From positions 47,616,001-47,680,000 of the forward strand of contig OX597822.1 of assembly GCA_951406725.2 (NCBI GenBank): DNA of 64,000 nt, given 5' to 3'. Under the pieces are notes generated by a model. It saw nothing but the letters and a program-made list of their open reading frames with translations, was not told the DNA's origin and did not search any database. Origin of the DNA: Octopus vulgaris (taxonomy: Eukaryota). The position numbers and the translations under genes are program-made. How positions within the stretch are numbered: the first letter of the stretch is position 1; each line of letters starts with the position of its first letter. Positions 27,542 to 40,110 of this stretch are shown piece by piece.

Positions 27542-27775
27542 AAGGCGTGCGGCCTAGTGATTAAGATTTTGTTTACAGTAGTCCAAGATCGTGATTTCGA
27601 TTTCCGGACCGGGCAGTACGTCGTGCTCTTGAGCAAAACACTTCATTTCTCGTTACTCCAGGCCATTCAACTACAAATGAGCAACCCTGCAGTGCATTAG
27701 CGTCCCATGCACGGGGGAAAGTTATGATGTCGGTCACTTAGACGCCATGGAAACCGGACAATCGGCCCTAGAATT
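27542..27775 (+). mobile_element. Family C SINE (diverged)
   Basis: Homologous to 34423-34670. Confidence 0.75.
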
Positions 27776-27819
27776 CGAGACAGTACTTGCTTATCTAGTA
27801 CATTCTTAGCTTAGTTTTT

Positions 27820-28260
27820 CCTTGGGGCTGGCCAGATTGGATCAATCTCGAGTAAAACCAGCCGAAATTGCAAAGATAATCTGGAACTCGACTGAGGAAA
27901 GAAAACTCCGAATGACCCGTCCTTGTTTTGTTTGTATCGTCTACCTGGATGTTTTATTGTCCCTTTCTTGTATCACCTGTCTGGATATTTTGCGTTCTTG
28001 TCCCACTTTGTATTTTTTCGTATATATATATATATTCGGTCATGTAACGACATGCGTGCTTTTCTCCGGACTATCTACTCCCTCCTCCTTTTCCTATTCT
28101 TTGCACAATTCCTCTCTTCGACGAAGAGCAATACTCGAAACGTCATTTTTCACTCCTATTTTCCCATCTAAAGCTTTCGATGAACGTCAATCTAATATAC
28201 TCCCTGTGTACGTCTAATTGACTTTTGTCGTTTTTTCCTACTCTCTTCTTTCTTTTCTAT
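27820..28260 (+). repeat. Dispersed repeat, probably Penelope-like terminal sequence (second copy about 31460-31600)
   Basis: ACTGAGGAAAGAAAACTCCGAATGAC...GTCCCA shared between the two loci. Hammerhead-like remnant GACGA-A-GAG-CAATA-CTC-GAAAC-GTC at about 28118-28145. Confidence 0.55.
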
Positions 28261-28261
28261 T

Positions 28262-28333
<72 letters not shown>

Positions 28334-29127
28334 TCAGAAAACCCTTTAGTATTTATACACCTTTTATCCTATGACTAGTTTTCAGTGATAGGACTTCAGT
28401 CACGCTGGTCCTCCGCCTTTTAACTGAAGTGTTTCGTCGAACAATTGACACCAGTACGACGGGTTTCCACACAGATACCATCTATCAAATTCAGTCGCAA
28501 GGTATTGGTCGGTTCGGGATATAGTGGAAGGAACTTGCTCAAAGTGCCGTGTAATGGGATGAAACTCGAAGCCAAGTGGCTGCAAGACGGGCTTCTTAAC
28601 AACACAGCCAAACCTGCGCCGAAAATGTAAGCAAAAAATCCTCGTGTTCTGAGTTCAAATTTGGCTATGGTCTACTTGGGTGATAAACTTAATCCGTTGT
28701 TCAGGGATATTTAGAACCATTTGATCTTTGTATCCCTTTAGCGGAGTCCACTCTGTTGCATGCAGTTCCACTGCGCGTCACCTTGAGTTAAGTGGCTTCG
28801 CTACGGTTACTGGCCGAGCAACGCTTTGTGAATGGGTTTGAAAGACGGTTACTGAAGCAGGTCTTTGTGTGTGTGTGTGTGCTAGTCTGTCTCCTTGTTT
28901 TGGTACCACACGACCATTGTAAACGATTGTCACTGTCATACAAGAGGTGTCATTCGTTTTACAATATTTCGGGTAACCATATCCAACCCTTTATTACCTT
29001 GGAAATATTCTTGCTCGGAAGCAGGGAAGTGTTGAGTACAAGAAGTGCATCAAGCCGTAGAAAATTTGTTCCAACCAATTGTGTCTACCCCATGCATGGG
29101 AAAGTGAACGTGAAAATCACACACACA

Positions 29128-29170
<43 letters not shown>

Positions 29171-29453
29171 CATACCACCATAACACCTGTGAAAACTGAA
29201 TAGGTGGCTTCAAATCAATAGGCACTACCCTGACAAGAACTCAATATTGACCACTCCAAGATATTCCATTTCTTTATTCTTGATAAACTTAACTCTCCTT
29301 TCCTCTCTCTTCTCAATTACTATTAGTCTTATCTTGATTCTTATATTTATTTATATATTTATTTTTTCTTTATTTCATTTACTTTTTTCTCTTCGTCTTT
29401 GGCTCCTTCTTTGCTCTTATTTTTGTTGGTCTTCTTCAACATGTTTTTTGTAT

Positions 29454-29478
<25 letters not shown>

Positions 29479-29484
<6 letters not shown>

Positions 29485-29779
29485 ATATAAACGGCAGTTT
29501 GTCTGTGCGTGTTTCTGTGTGTCTGTTTGCTTGTACCCTCACCCTGACCACGGCTTTCAACCGATTCTTGAAACTTGACACACACATAGCCCAATGTCAT
29601 AATATAACGCAGCGAAAATATGAAAATCCCCAGTTCTGAAAAAATCGATAAATTCGACATGGGGTCGAGAATCAGAAACACAAACCGCAAACTTTAGGGG
29701 ACGCAACTCCACCTTTTTTAACTTTTACCATCATTTTTTTCCATTTTTTTGCTATTTTTTGGCTATAACTCTCTAAAAA

Positions 29780-29781
<2 letters not shown>
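29479..29781 (+). mobile_element. Helitron-like non-autonomous element, 3'-truncated
   Basis: TCTCTATATAAA start, GTCTGT tract, TCAACCGATT motif. GGCTAT...CTCTAAAAATG is shared with the 46428 element. Confidence 0.55.
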
Positions 29782-29824
<43 letters not shown>

Positions 29825-29879
29825 CATGGAAAGCGGACGTTAAACGATGATGATGAGGGACAAGTGGTAACATGGCTAA

Positions 29880-30272
29880 CAATGGTATTCTCATCCAAAA
29901 TGGACGAGTATCATTGCTCGCATGTGGCAGGCTTGATAATTGTCAAGAGATTCCTCTATATGAAACCATTGGTAGCCTTCTCAACCTACAAATAAAGAAT
30001 ATTTATCCACCAATGTGGTGTTGAATACTAATTCTCACTGTTGAATACTCATTCTCATTACGCACACACACACTCACACACGCAACTAGGCGTAGTTTAT
30101 TATTACTAATCAAGATATATGAAAAGTCTACAGAATTAATCAAACAGAAATCCCTCTCGCTGTTCTTGCTGTCTCTTATACGACTACTATAAGATTTCTT
30201 TCCCGACTCCCAACTACCAAATTGTATCTCAGCATATTCTTACCACCCCAAAATCCTCAACTCATCATCATC
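29880..30272 (-). mobile_element. Possible Gypsy LTR, primer-binding site and gag start (relic)
   Basis: Minus strand TG...TATAA...AATAAA...CA|T-TGGTGGA, then RPFWMRIP resembling the PPFWxxxP gag motif. Confidence 0.4.
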
Positions 30273-30289
30273 AAAACCGTGCATTAAAT

Positions 30290-30434
30290 CAGTCCCGGGC
30301 AATCTACGGCCTGCGGCACTTTCTGAATGGTACGCCTATTGAAAAATTACCTTGGCGCTTTTACTAGTGCGGCTCCTCTAATGATGAGCCATGTCACATG
30401 CGGCCCGCTTCTCGAAAAAGGTAACCCGTGCCTG
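30290..30434. mobile_element. hAT-type MITE
   Basis: CAG...CTG ends with imperfect TIR. 8-bp TSD CATTAAAT/CACTAAAT. Confidence 0.7.
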
Positions 30435-30611
30435 CACTAAATAATGATCATGGATTATTATCCATAGATTTGTCAATTATCTGCTGTACCGTTGTCCATA
30501 TCAACATCCATATTTTCCGTGCCAACGTGGAAGATTCAAATGGTCATTTATCCTATAAGAAATAGCAACTATATCTAATCCACATCACATTCTACGGTGA
30601 TGATGATGACG

Positions 30612-30661
<50 letters not shown>

Positions 30662-30697
30662 CATATGTGTATACATATATATATTTAATTTTTTTTT

Positions 30698-31450
30698 AGT
30701 TTCAGTCATTTGACTGCGGCCATGCTGGAGCAACGCCTCCAGTCGAACAAATCTACCCGAGGACTTATTCTTTGTAAGCCTAGTACTTATTCTATCGGTC
30801 TCTTTTGCGGAACCGCTAAGTTACGGTGACATAAACACACCTCGGTTGTCAAGCAATGTTGGGGGACAAACAGCGGCATCCTGGCAGAATCGTTAGCACG
30901 CCAGGCGAAATGCTTAGTGGTATTTCGTCTGCCGCTACATTCTGAGTTCAAATTCTGACGAGGTCGACTTTGCCTTTCATCCTTTCAGGGTCGATTAAAT
31001 AAGTACCTATTTCTTTATTACCCACAAGGGGCTAAACACAGAGGGGACAAACAAGGACAGACATAGGTATTAAGTCGATTACATCGACCCCAGTGCGTAA
31101 CTGGTACTTAATTTATCGACCCCGAAAGGATGAAAGGCAAAGGTGAAAGGTAAATAAGTACCAGTTACGCACTGGGGTCGATGTAGTCGACTTAGTCTCT
31201 TTGTCTGTCATTGTTTGTCCCCTCTATGTTTAGCCCCTTGTGGGCAATAAAGAATCTTTAAAAAAATGTTGGGGGACAAACACAGACACACAAATATTTA
31301 CATATATATATATATATTCTCGACGGGCTTCTTTCAGTTTCCGCCTACCAAATCCACACAAAGCTTTGGTCAACCCGAGGCTATAGTAGAAGACACTTGC
31401 CTAAGGTGCCACAGAGTGGTACTGAACCCGGGACCATGTGATTGTACTAG
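30698..31450. mobile_element. Triple SINE nest: B(-) in B(+) in A(-)
   Basis: TSD AATGTTGGGGGACAAACA at 30855 and 31265. Inner TSD TAAATAAGTACC at 30996 and 31151. Confidence 0.85.
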
Positions 31451-31600
31451 ATAAGCAAGTACTGAGGAAAGAAAACTCCGAATGACTCGTCCTTGTTTTC
31501 TTTGTATCGTCTATCTGGATGTTTTGTTGTCCCTTTCTTGTATCACCTGTCTGGATATTTTGCGTTCTTGTCCCATTTTGTATTTATGTGTGTATGTATG

Positions 31601-31634
<34 letters not shown>

Positions 31635-32028
31635 TTTTATATTCGTTCCGGCTCTCTGCACCCTGTGGCCAAATCTGGCCTCTCGCCCTTTTGCCACCAA
31701 TAATTCTGCTGATTCTCTCTTCTTCTCCCTCTCTCCCTCACCCACTCTCTGTGGAAAAAATGGGCTGCTTCTGAATCTGGTTTCGATAGGTTTAAAATAT
31801 CCCCAAGACACGTTGTATGTCACGAAGACGTCTGTACAATTTCGAACGAAGTAGTTTTAGCTTCACGCAAGTCCGTGTGCTATGTTAAGTTTCAATACCC
31901 ACTCTCCTTCTCTTTCTGTATATGCGTGTTATGAAGGGATCATAAAGGCACCGCTATGGATTACGGTGTGTCACGTGCATTTTAAAGCCTAGCAGCGCTC
32001 ATCCCTTTCTTGGTCTGAACACGGCTGA

Positions 32029-32094
<66 letters not shown>

Positions 32095-32381
32095 TATGTT
32101 CACTTTATTACTTAATTTATCGATCCCAAGAAAATGAAAAGCGAAGTTAGCTTCGGCGGGCTTTGGACTCTAACGACTGCCATTTCATCTCCATATGTGT
32201 ATGCTTTTTTAGTGTGTGTGTAGTAATTCCAAGAATGGAGGTGACGTATGGCATTTATTCCTTCATTACGATCGCTTCAACAATACATGATTCGGACACA
32301 TCAGGAATATAAATAGTGATTATATAATATTACAACATATTTCATGTGGTCCATCTCGTCAGACAAAAGTCAAAAAGCTGA

Positions 32382-32778
32382 AGGCGGCGAGCTGGCAGAA
32401 ACGTTAGCACGCCGGGCGGAATGCTTTGCGGTATTTCGTCTGCCGTTACGTTCTGAGTTCAAATTCCGCCGAGGTCGACTTTGCCTTTCATCCTTTCGGG
32501 GTCGATTAAATAAGTACTAGTTACGCACTGGGGTCGATATAATCGACTTAATCCGTTTGTCTGTCCTTGTTTGTCCTCTCTGTGTTTAGCCCATTGTGGG
32601 TAGTAGAGAAATAGATATTTCGTCTGCCGCTACGTTCTGAGTTCAAATTCCGTCGAGGTCGACTTTGCCTTTCATCCTTTCGGGGTCGATAAATTAAGTA
32701 CCAGTTGCGTACTGGAGTCGATATAATCAACTGGCTCCCTCCCCCAAATTTTCGAGCCTTGTGCCTAGAGTAGAAAAG
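32382..32778 (+). mobile_element. Family B SINE tandem pair (young)
   Basis: Near-identical to 38055-38451 and 35775-36335. Confidence 0.88.
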
Positions 32779-33694
32779 AAATGCCAAAAAGCTGTGTGTG
32801 TCCCCACAGACGAAACTATAACATCCATCACTCTGTGCCGCCAATTGCTATGTGCGTAACGGTTTATGGAATGGTGAGTTTGGACTTGGTATAAAGTTCC
32901 CAAAGCCTACAATGGGAAATATGTAAAAAGAAAAAGCAAAAACAGATAAAGATAAAAAAGAAGACAAACGAATAACAAGCCATTTCGACGCATTACGTTA
33001 TGAGTTCAAATTCCGCCGAGGTTAACTGTTTTTCATGTTACACGAGTGAATTCATAATCACTTGTGAGCAAATTAAATGTAGATTGCACAACCTCGTTCA
33101 TCGATAAGAAAGGGAGTGGGGTGAAAATGAGTTTCTATAAGGTTACATTTTTGAGCGTGAATACATATACGGTAAATTTATATAACACAGACATACCGTT
33201 TTTGATGGCTAAGATGTACTGTTTTTTTTTTCTTTTAAAAAAGTGATATTTGAAATTCACCTCGGGTCTGATATGCGCGCTGCTGAAATTGGGGTGCGTC
33301 TAATACGCTCGTGCGTTTTTTCAAATACGGTAGTTAACACTGTGAAAAGTAGATGTAGTTAAATCACAGATTTACTTCTGTGTGACGAAAGAGATACTAG
33401 TATGACTAGTTTCTAAGTGTATTAATACCTCATCAGAGATCGGTTACTTTATGTTCACAATGGGAATAGTAGCTTCTAGCTGTTTATCCTCGGATAAAAC
33501 TGATGTGGCCTCCCTGGTTTGCGTAACAGTGCAAGACATTGTATATGAAATTAATAGAAGTATTAGACAGCGATATATAGAGAAATGGGGGTTAAACTAG
33601 GGGTTTAGTTTGCAGCAAAGCGAAATAAGGGTGGGTTGAAGGAGGAGGTGGTGGTGAAGTGATAAATCTACACTAGGTACAGAGTACACATGCG

Positions 33695-33735
<41 letters not shown>

Positions 33736-34422
33736 TCACAAACACACTTATTTGATTTTTGTGTAGTTTTTCAGATTCTTTTACTTGTTTCAGTTATTAG
33801 ACTGCGGCTATGCTGGGGGCACCGCCTTCAGGAATTTTAGTCGAACGAATCGACTCCAGCACTTTTTTTAAAGCCTGGTACATTCTCTGTCTCTCTTTTA
33901 TCGAACCGCTAAGTTACAGGGACGTAAACTCACCAAGACTGGTTGTTAAACAATGGTGGGGGACAGACCCACAAGGATATATATATAATGAGCTTCTTTC
34001 AGTTTCTGTGTAAGATCACAGCATTCTCCTGAAAATGGCGATCTGTTGCAGCAATTTTTGAAGGGAGGGAGCAAGTCGATTTCATTTATAAGGTTAAATT
34101 TTGACTGGTACTTCATTTTATCGTTCCTGAACGGATGAAAGGCAGAGTTGTCCTCGATGGGATTTTAAACTCCGGATGTAAAGAGCCAGAAGAAATACCG
34201 CCAAGTATCTCGTCCGACGTGTTAACAATTCTGCCATGTCGCTGCTTGTATACAAGGTAGTAATTTCTGAATTCACACGATCCTTGGCAATGTTCTTCCC
34301 GGTCTCTTGTGCTTACCTATCCATATCTAAGATTCGGTATTATTCCGCTGCCATAATCAGTCATTAAACCTCTTTGCATTATCCGTCGATTGAGGTTTGC
34401 TGTCTCGCATATATTCCTCCAC

Positions 34423-34670
34423 GGAGGCGCGTGGCTTAGTAGGCAGGGTATCAGCATCATGATCGCAAGATTGTTTTTCCATTCCTGGACCGGGCGACGC
34501 GTTGTGTTCTTGAGCAAAAACACTTCATTTCACGTTGCTCCAGTTCACTCAGCTGGCAAAAATGAGTAACGCTGCGATGGACTGGCGTCCCGTCCATCTA
34601 GGGAACAAATACGCCATTGAAACCGGGAAACCGGGCCCATGAACATGGCAAGGCTTTAAAAGGGCGCATT
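34423..34670 (+). mobile_element. Family C SINE, near full length
   Basis: GGAGGCGCGTGGCTTAGT head, GTTCTTGAGCAAAAACACTT, TGCGATGGACTGGCGTCCCGTCCA (V-SINE-like domain). Confidence 0.85.
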
Positions 34671-35328
34671 TATTATTTTTTATTATATCTTCCTCCACAT
34701 GGTATGGCTGAAGATGACCACAGGGCTGCTAATTTTTATCGTTCTCGCGTTTCTGTCTCCGGACTGTGGTCATGCTAGGGCACTGCCTTGAAGGGTGTAG
34801 TCGAACAAAATGACCCCAGTACTTATTCTTTTAAGCCTGGTACTTATCCCGCCGGTCTTCTTTTGCCGAATCGCTAAGTTATGGAGACGTAAACAAACCA
34901 ACGTTAGTTGTGAAGCGGTGAGGGAACACACAATACGACGGGCTTCTACACAGTTTCTGTTAATTAAATTCACTCACAGGACATTGGTCTGTCCAAGGCT
35001 ATAGCAGAAAGCACTTGGTCAGATTGCCACGCAGTGGGATTGAACCCGAAACCACGTTGTTGCAAAGCAAACCTCTTAACCACATCGCCATACTTACTGT
35101 CGACCTGTCCCCCTTTTTATCCTAGTCATTCTGTCTGTCGTTTTTCTGCGATCTTTGTATGGGATGATTCTCAGGTATAGTTACTGGTACCACCTGCATT
35201 TATATCTTAGAAATAAGAAATGCATATTTCGAGCACTTGTATAAAACTAAATTTTGGGAAGGAGGCGGTATATTAGAGTTAAATTAACTTCTGCGAAATT
35301 TGAACTCTGAATGTTAAAGATTCTAAAC

Positions 35329-35524
35329 CAACGGTTCTCAACCGCGGCTCTTAGGGCCGTATGTCACCTTCAAGCATTCCTCCAGCGACCCTCAATGGTC
35401 TTTCTTCTATAAATATATTAAATTATAATTTAACTTGCGTTTTACTTTTTTTTTGGTGCAGATCCCCCTCCCCCAAATCCCGGTTTGGATCCGACCCGGA
35501 TATTAAAATGGTTGAGAACCAGAG
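35329..35524. mobile_element. hAT/Charlie-type MITE
   Basis: CAACGGTTCTCAACC / GGTTGAGAACCAGAG. TSD TTCTAAAC/GTCTAAGC. Confidence 0.7.
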
Positions 35525-35774
35525 GTCTAAGCTACTTACCGTTCTGAATCTTAAAACTCGAAGTACTGTCTTCACTCTTTGGACTCATAGGACCGTTTAT
35601 CCTGTTCCCGTGTTGTAAAAGTGCCCGAGATCCCAACAGCTCCGTCTGCATGGGATGCCAGTTGGTCGCATGTTCAATGGACATGAAATGAAGTGTTTGG
35701 CTCAATAACATACCTCCTGGTCTGGGAATCGAAACCCTAACCACTAGGTCATGCACTTTCGCAAAATACAATCC

Positions 35775-36335
35775 TTTCTTCTAGAGGCATAAGACCTGAA
35801 ATTTTAGGTGAGGGGACTAATCGATTACATCGACTCTAATACTCATTTCATAGACCCCGAAAGGCAAAGTCAACCTCGGCGGAATTTGAACTCAGAACGT
35901 ACCGACGGGCGAAATACCTATTTCTTTACTACCCACAAGGGGCTAAACACAGAGAGGACAAACTAGGACAAACAAACGGATTAAGTCGATTATATCGACC
36001 CCGAAAGGATGAAAGGCAAAGTCGACCTCGGCGGAATTTGAACTCAGAACGTAGCGGCAGATGAAATACTGCTAAGCATTTCGTCCAGCGTGCTAATGAT
36101 TCTGCCAGCTTACCTTCACAAAATATACTTTTCTGCACTAGACTCAAGGCCCGAAATTTTTTGGGGGAGGGGGCCGGTCAATTAGATCGACTCCAGTACG
36201 CAACTGGTACTTAATTTATCGACAAGGATGAAAGGCAAAGTCGACCTCGGCGGAATTTGAACTCAGAACGTAAAGACAGGCGAAATACTGCTAAGCATTT
36301 CGTCCAGCGTGCTAACGATTCTGCCAGCTCGCCAC
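35775..36335 (-). mobile_element. Family B SINE array (three units)
   Basis: AAAGGCAAAGTC(G/A)ACCTCGGCGGAATTTGAACTCAGAACG occurs three times. Confidence 0.88.
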
Positions 36336-36535
36336 CTTACCTTCACGAAATATAATGACAATAGGAGATTATTTTTAATTAAAGCCTGTCTTCTGGAGAA
36401 GTACGTTTGATAACTCGATGTTCCTTTTTGGAAGACACGCTCACATACAAAACACGTACTCTCTCTCCCTCTCTCAGACACACAAAATCTTGTACAAAAA
36501 CCGATTTCTGTCTATATTTACTTAGTATTTCCATC

Positions 36536-36951
36536 GGATCTTTTCGGTTTGAACGGCAGTTTTTTCTAGCGGTGTCATATGAAATTGTCACCCATAATTA
36601 TGACATTAGTATCGATCTATTGCATTTCAATCTGTTTTAGGGTTAGGGGTGGGGGGAAGGGTATCTTTTTTTCTTCACAAACGTAAATAAACCCAATCTG
36701 TTTCTTAAACGAGGGTCATATTCGTACGGTACAGAATGTTTTTTTTTTACCTCAATAGACGTCATTGATTAGTTGAAATTGCAGAAATTGAAGAAAGAAA
36801 CAACAAGTATCTTACAAACTATAGAATTTTCTCAATAACGCCAAGAGAAAAATATGTTTTATAAACACATTCTACCAGTGTACGAAGTTTAAAAGTGATT
36901 AGTTAAGTGGAAAATTATTTTTAAAAACTGCCGTTCAAACCGAAAAGACCC
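36536..36951. mobile_element. GG-terminated MITE with 8-bp TSD (Merlin-like), copy 1
   Basis: TIR GGATCTTTTCGGTTTGAACGGCAGTTTTT. Perfect TSD TTTCCATC. Confidence 0.9.
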
Positions 36952-37471
36952 TTTCCATCATAACGTATTTGCCGTATTACTTTGCCAGAGTCGGTAGAGT
37001 GTCGGACGAAAACGCCTTTCGATATTTACTCATCCCTCCTTTACGCATTCAGTCGAATGTCAGCTTTACTTTATACCCTTTCAGGAGATCGATGAAATGA
37101 AGTACCAGTCAATTCAAGTACTATGGGATGAGGGGATTGAATTAACCATACCTCCTTCCACTGCCCCTAATTTTTTGGTCTTGTGCCAGAGTCAGTAGTC
37201 ATTATTTTGGGCAAAAAGAAGGAAATAGTTTCAAATTTCATAGACGCACTCGCATTACACATCTCTTTATTTGTTTACTGTTCTATATTTTTGGCTGTGT
37301 GTCAGGTAGATACACATAAACACATCTTCTCTCCACTCCACTCAAGCTAATGAAGGAACCTCTACGTGGTCAATCGACCTGCTAAAAATAGTAGTTAAAT
37401 TCCCCTCAAATCTCACACTGTATGGTGTTTAAAAAGATGGAAGTACGTATCGAGCAATATAGCCGTCTGTA

Positions 37472-37503
<32 letters not shown>

Positions 37504-38054
37504 GACGGTCGCGTTGGGACGTCTCTAGTCATAGATCTGCCCAATCAGGCTTGGCTTGGAATTCAACTTTACTCCGTTTTCTTTTTACATTTTGTGTCAA
37601 TGTTCATGGTTATCGCTACAGAGCAGGCGAGAAATAAACACAAGGAAAGAAAAAAAAAAGCAAACAATAACAACAAAAAATATAAATAAAAAGAAGTGAT
37701 GCGTGTTCGATTCCCGATAGTTTTCTTCTTTTTTGTCAGTCTCCTTCAACTTCGCCTGTTAATGCCCTTGAGGAAGACATGGAAATCACAATCTCTCTTT
37801 CCTAAATCCACGTAACTTGAAGTCCTTTATTAAAAGGCAATAAGTTTTCTAATTGTCTCTCAGATTTTCCCCTCTCTTTCTGTACTTATTTAATTAACAA
37901 ACTTGATTAATTCGACCTAATGAGGGAGCCATTACGTTCCACGTTCCCAACCTGTGATGGATCGCAGTATATTATATTACAAAGTACTTTTTCTCTAGTT
38001 TTGAAATAATTTTTGATAACATTTTAAAATGTTTATGTATGTTTTATATAATAA

Positions 38055-38720
38055 TCCTTTTTACTATAGGCACAAGACCTGAAATTTGGGGGAGGGGGAT
38101 AGTCGATAATATCGACTCCAGTACTCAACTGGTACTTAATTTATCGACCTCGAAGGGATGAAAGGCAAAGTTGATCTCGGCGGAATTTGAACTCGGAACG
38201 TAGCGACGGGCGAAATACCTATTTCTTTACTACCCACAAGGGGCTAAACACAGAGAGGACAAACAATAACAGACAAACGGATTAAGTCGATTATATCGAT
38301 CCCCAGTGCGTAACTGGTACTTATTTAATCGATCCCGAAAGGATGAAAGGCAAAGTCGACCTCGGCGGAATTTGAACTCAGAACGTAGCGGCAGACGAAA
38401 TACCTCTGAGTATTTCGTCCAGCTCGCTAACGATACTGCCAGCTCGCCGCCTTAGTAGTAGCAGCAGCAGCAGTCTTTTCTACTAAAGGCACAAGGCCTG
38501 AAATTTTGTGGAAGGGGACTAGTCGATTACATCGATCCCATTGTTTCACTGGTAATTAATTTATCGACCCCGAAAGATGAAAAGCAGAGTCAACCTCGGC
38601 GGAATTTGAATAATAATAATAATGCTTTCAAATTTTTCCCACAAGGGCAGCTTGATGGCGGGAATTAAGTTGATGTAATCGACTCCAGTGCGTAAGTCGA
38701 CCTCGGCGGAATTTGAGTAA
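38055..38720 (-). mobile_element. Family B SINE cluster
   Basis: Tandem pair 38055-38451 plus two truncated units separated by (TAG)/(TAA) repeats. Confidence 0.85.
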
Positions 38721-40061
38721 TAATAATAATGATGATAATCATACGCCGTAGGAAACATAAGGGCGCTACCACATTTAATGCAAATAAAAGCAGAAATATA
38801 TCCTCCAAGAGGAGTGTAATATGAAATATTAGGAGCACCCCGTTGCAATATATTTATAAAGCGGTTTGGGATGGATAGGGGAGGGGTTATTGATTCGGCG
38901 AAAGGAGTAATTGACAAAAGGTTGGCACTACTGAACTACTCGGTCGTTTGACCTGTTTGAAATAGTCGTCGCATTTTCCCCCAAATCACAGTCTAATGCC
39001 TTAAAAACGCAGTCCCTGATATACAAAATGACTGGATGATCACGGTTGGGATGCCTTTATTGTTGAATCAAGGTTAACCTGCAGCTAAACAATAACTTTA
39101 TTAACCCGTTAACATGTTTAATTTTGATTTTAAAAAACCCCTTTTTTAAAAAACGAATTCATTTGTTTCTCTCTATAAATGCCTTTCCAACATTATCCTT
39201 CCACTAATAAATTTGAAGTCGCGTTAACATTAATTAAACATTCATTGCAAGAGAAGCTACGAAACTGACGCTAACCCCGCCAAAAAAATAGCCGACAATT
39301 CTCCCTCAAATCACATATTATCATCTTATAAAAAAATAAAAAATGAAGGTCAGACTGGTTAATGTAGTCCTAGATGCACATGCCTAGAGGAGAGACGGAA
39401 TAGCGTTGATCATAAATTTGCTATATCAAACCTATCCTGTGGCTAAACAACAACACAGTACACGACCGTCACAACATCCTTGTTATGTTATTTTAATTTT
39501 ATTTTTTAGTTGCAATGTTCAGGTATGAAAGCGCTGTGTTTGTTTCCTCTTGGCATATTTGTTCCTCTCCTCTCTTTTCCACATCTATGTTAAAATAGAA
39601 ATGACAGCCTGTTGTTTTGTTCCTAATCAGCTCTGATAAGAGAAGACCTATAATCTACCAATACAAGTTCTTTCTGTATGACATATTTTTACACCGTCCA
39701 AAGATGTTACGATGTGATTTGAACGAGATTTGGTTGTTATTTCTGATTGTTTTAATGGCTAGCTTGAGGAATCACTTCGTTGGCTCGTCAGTAGAACCTT
39801 TAGTGTGTGTGCTGAATAATGGCGTAAGCATTTTAAGTCGTTAACTTAATTAGGTGCATATATAACTTGGAAATGTAGCATAAATATGTATGTATATTTG
39901 TGTGTGTGTGTGTATATATGTATATATATATATATATATATTATTTCAGGCAGTGAGAAGTTGAAAAAGAAGCTACTACGTCAGGCCCACTTAGAATTAA
40001 GTATACAAAGATAAATAAAAGTCTGAGAGTAAATAAAAAATATTTAATCCATATTCGTTAA

Positions 40062-40110
40062 GTCCCACAAAAATATATATTCAGTTTCGCCTATGGCTCA
40101 TCGGGGAAAC
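40062..40110 (-). ncRNA. Degenerate hammerhead-like motif
   Basis: Minus strand tcc-CCGATGA-GCC-ATA-GGC-GAAAC. U4 is replaced by C and the cleavage triplet is eroded. Confidence 0.35.

Noticed and set aside
35775-36335. Repeated 40-nt motif with intervening sequence, superficially CRISPR-like
   Set aside because: Tandem SINE units with homologous, irregular spacers. No cas genes, and the context is eukaryotic.
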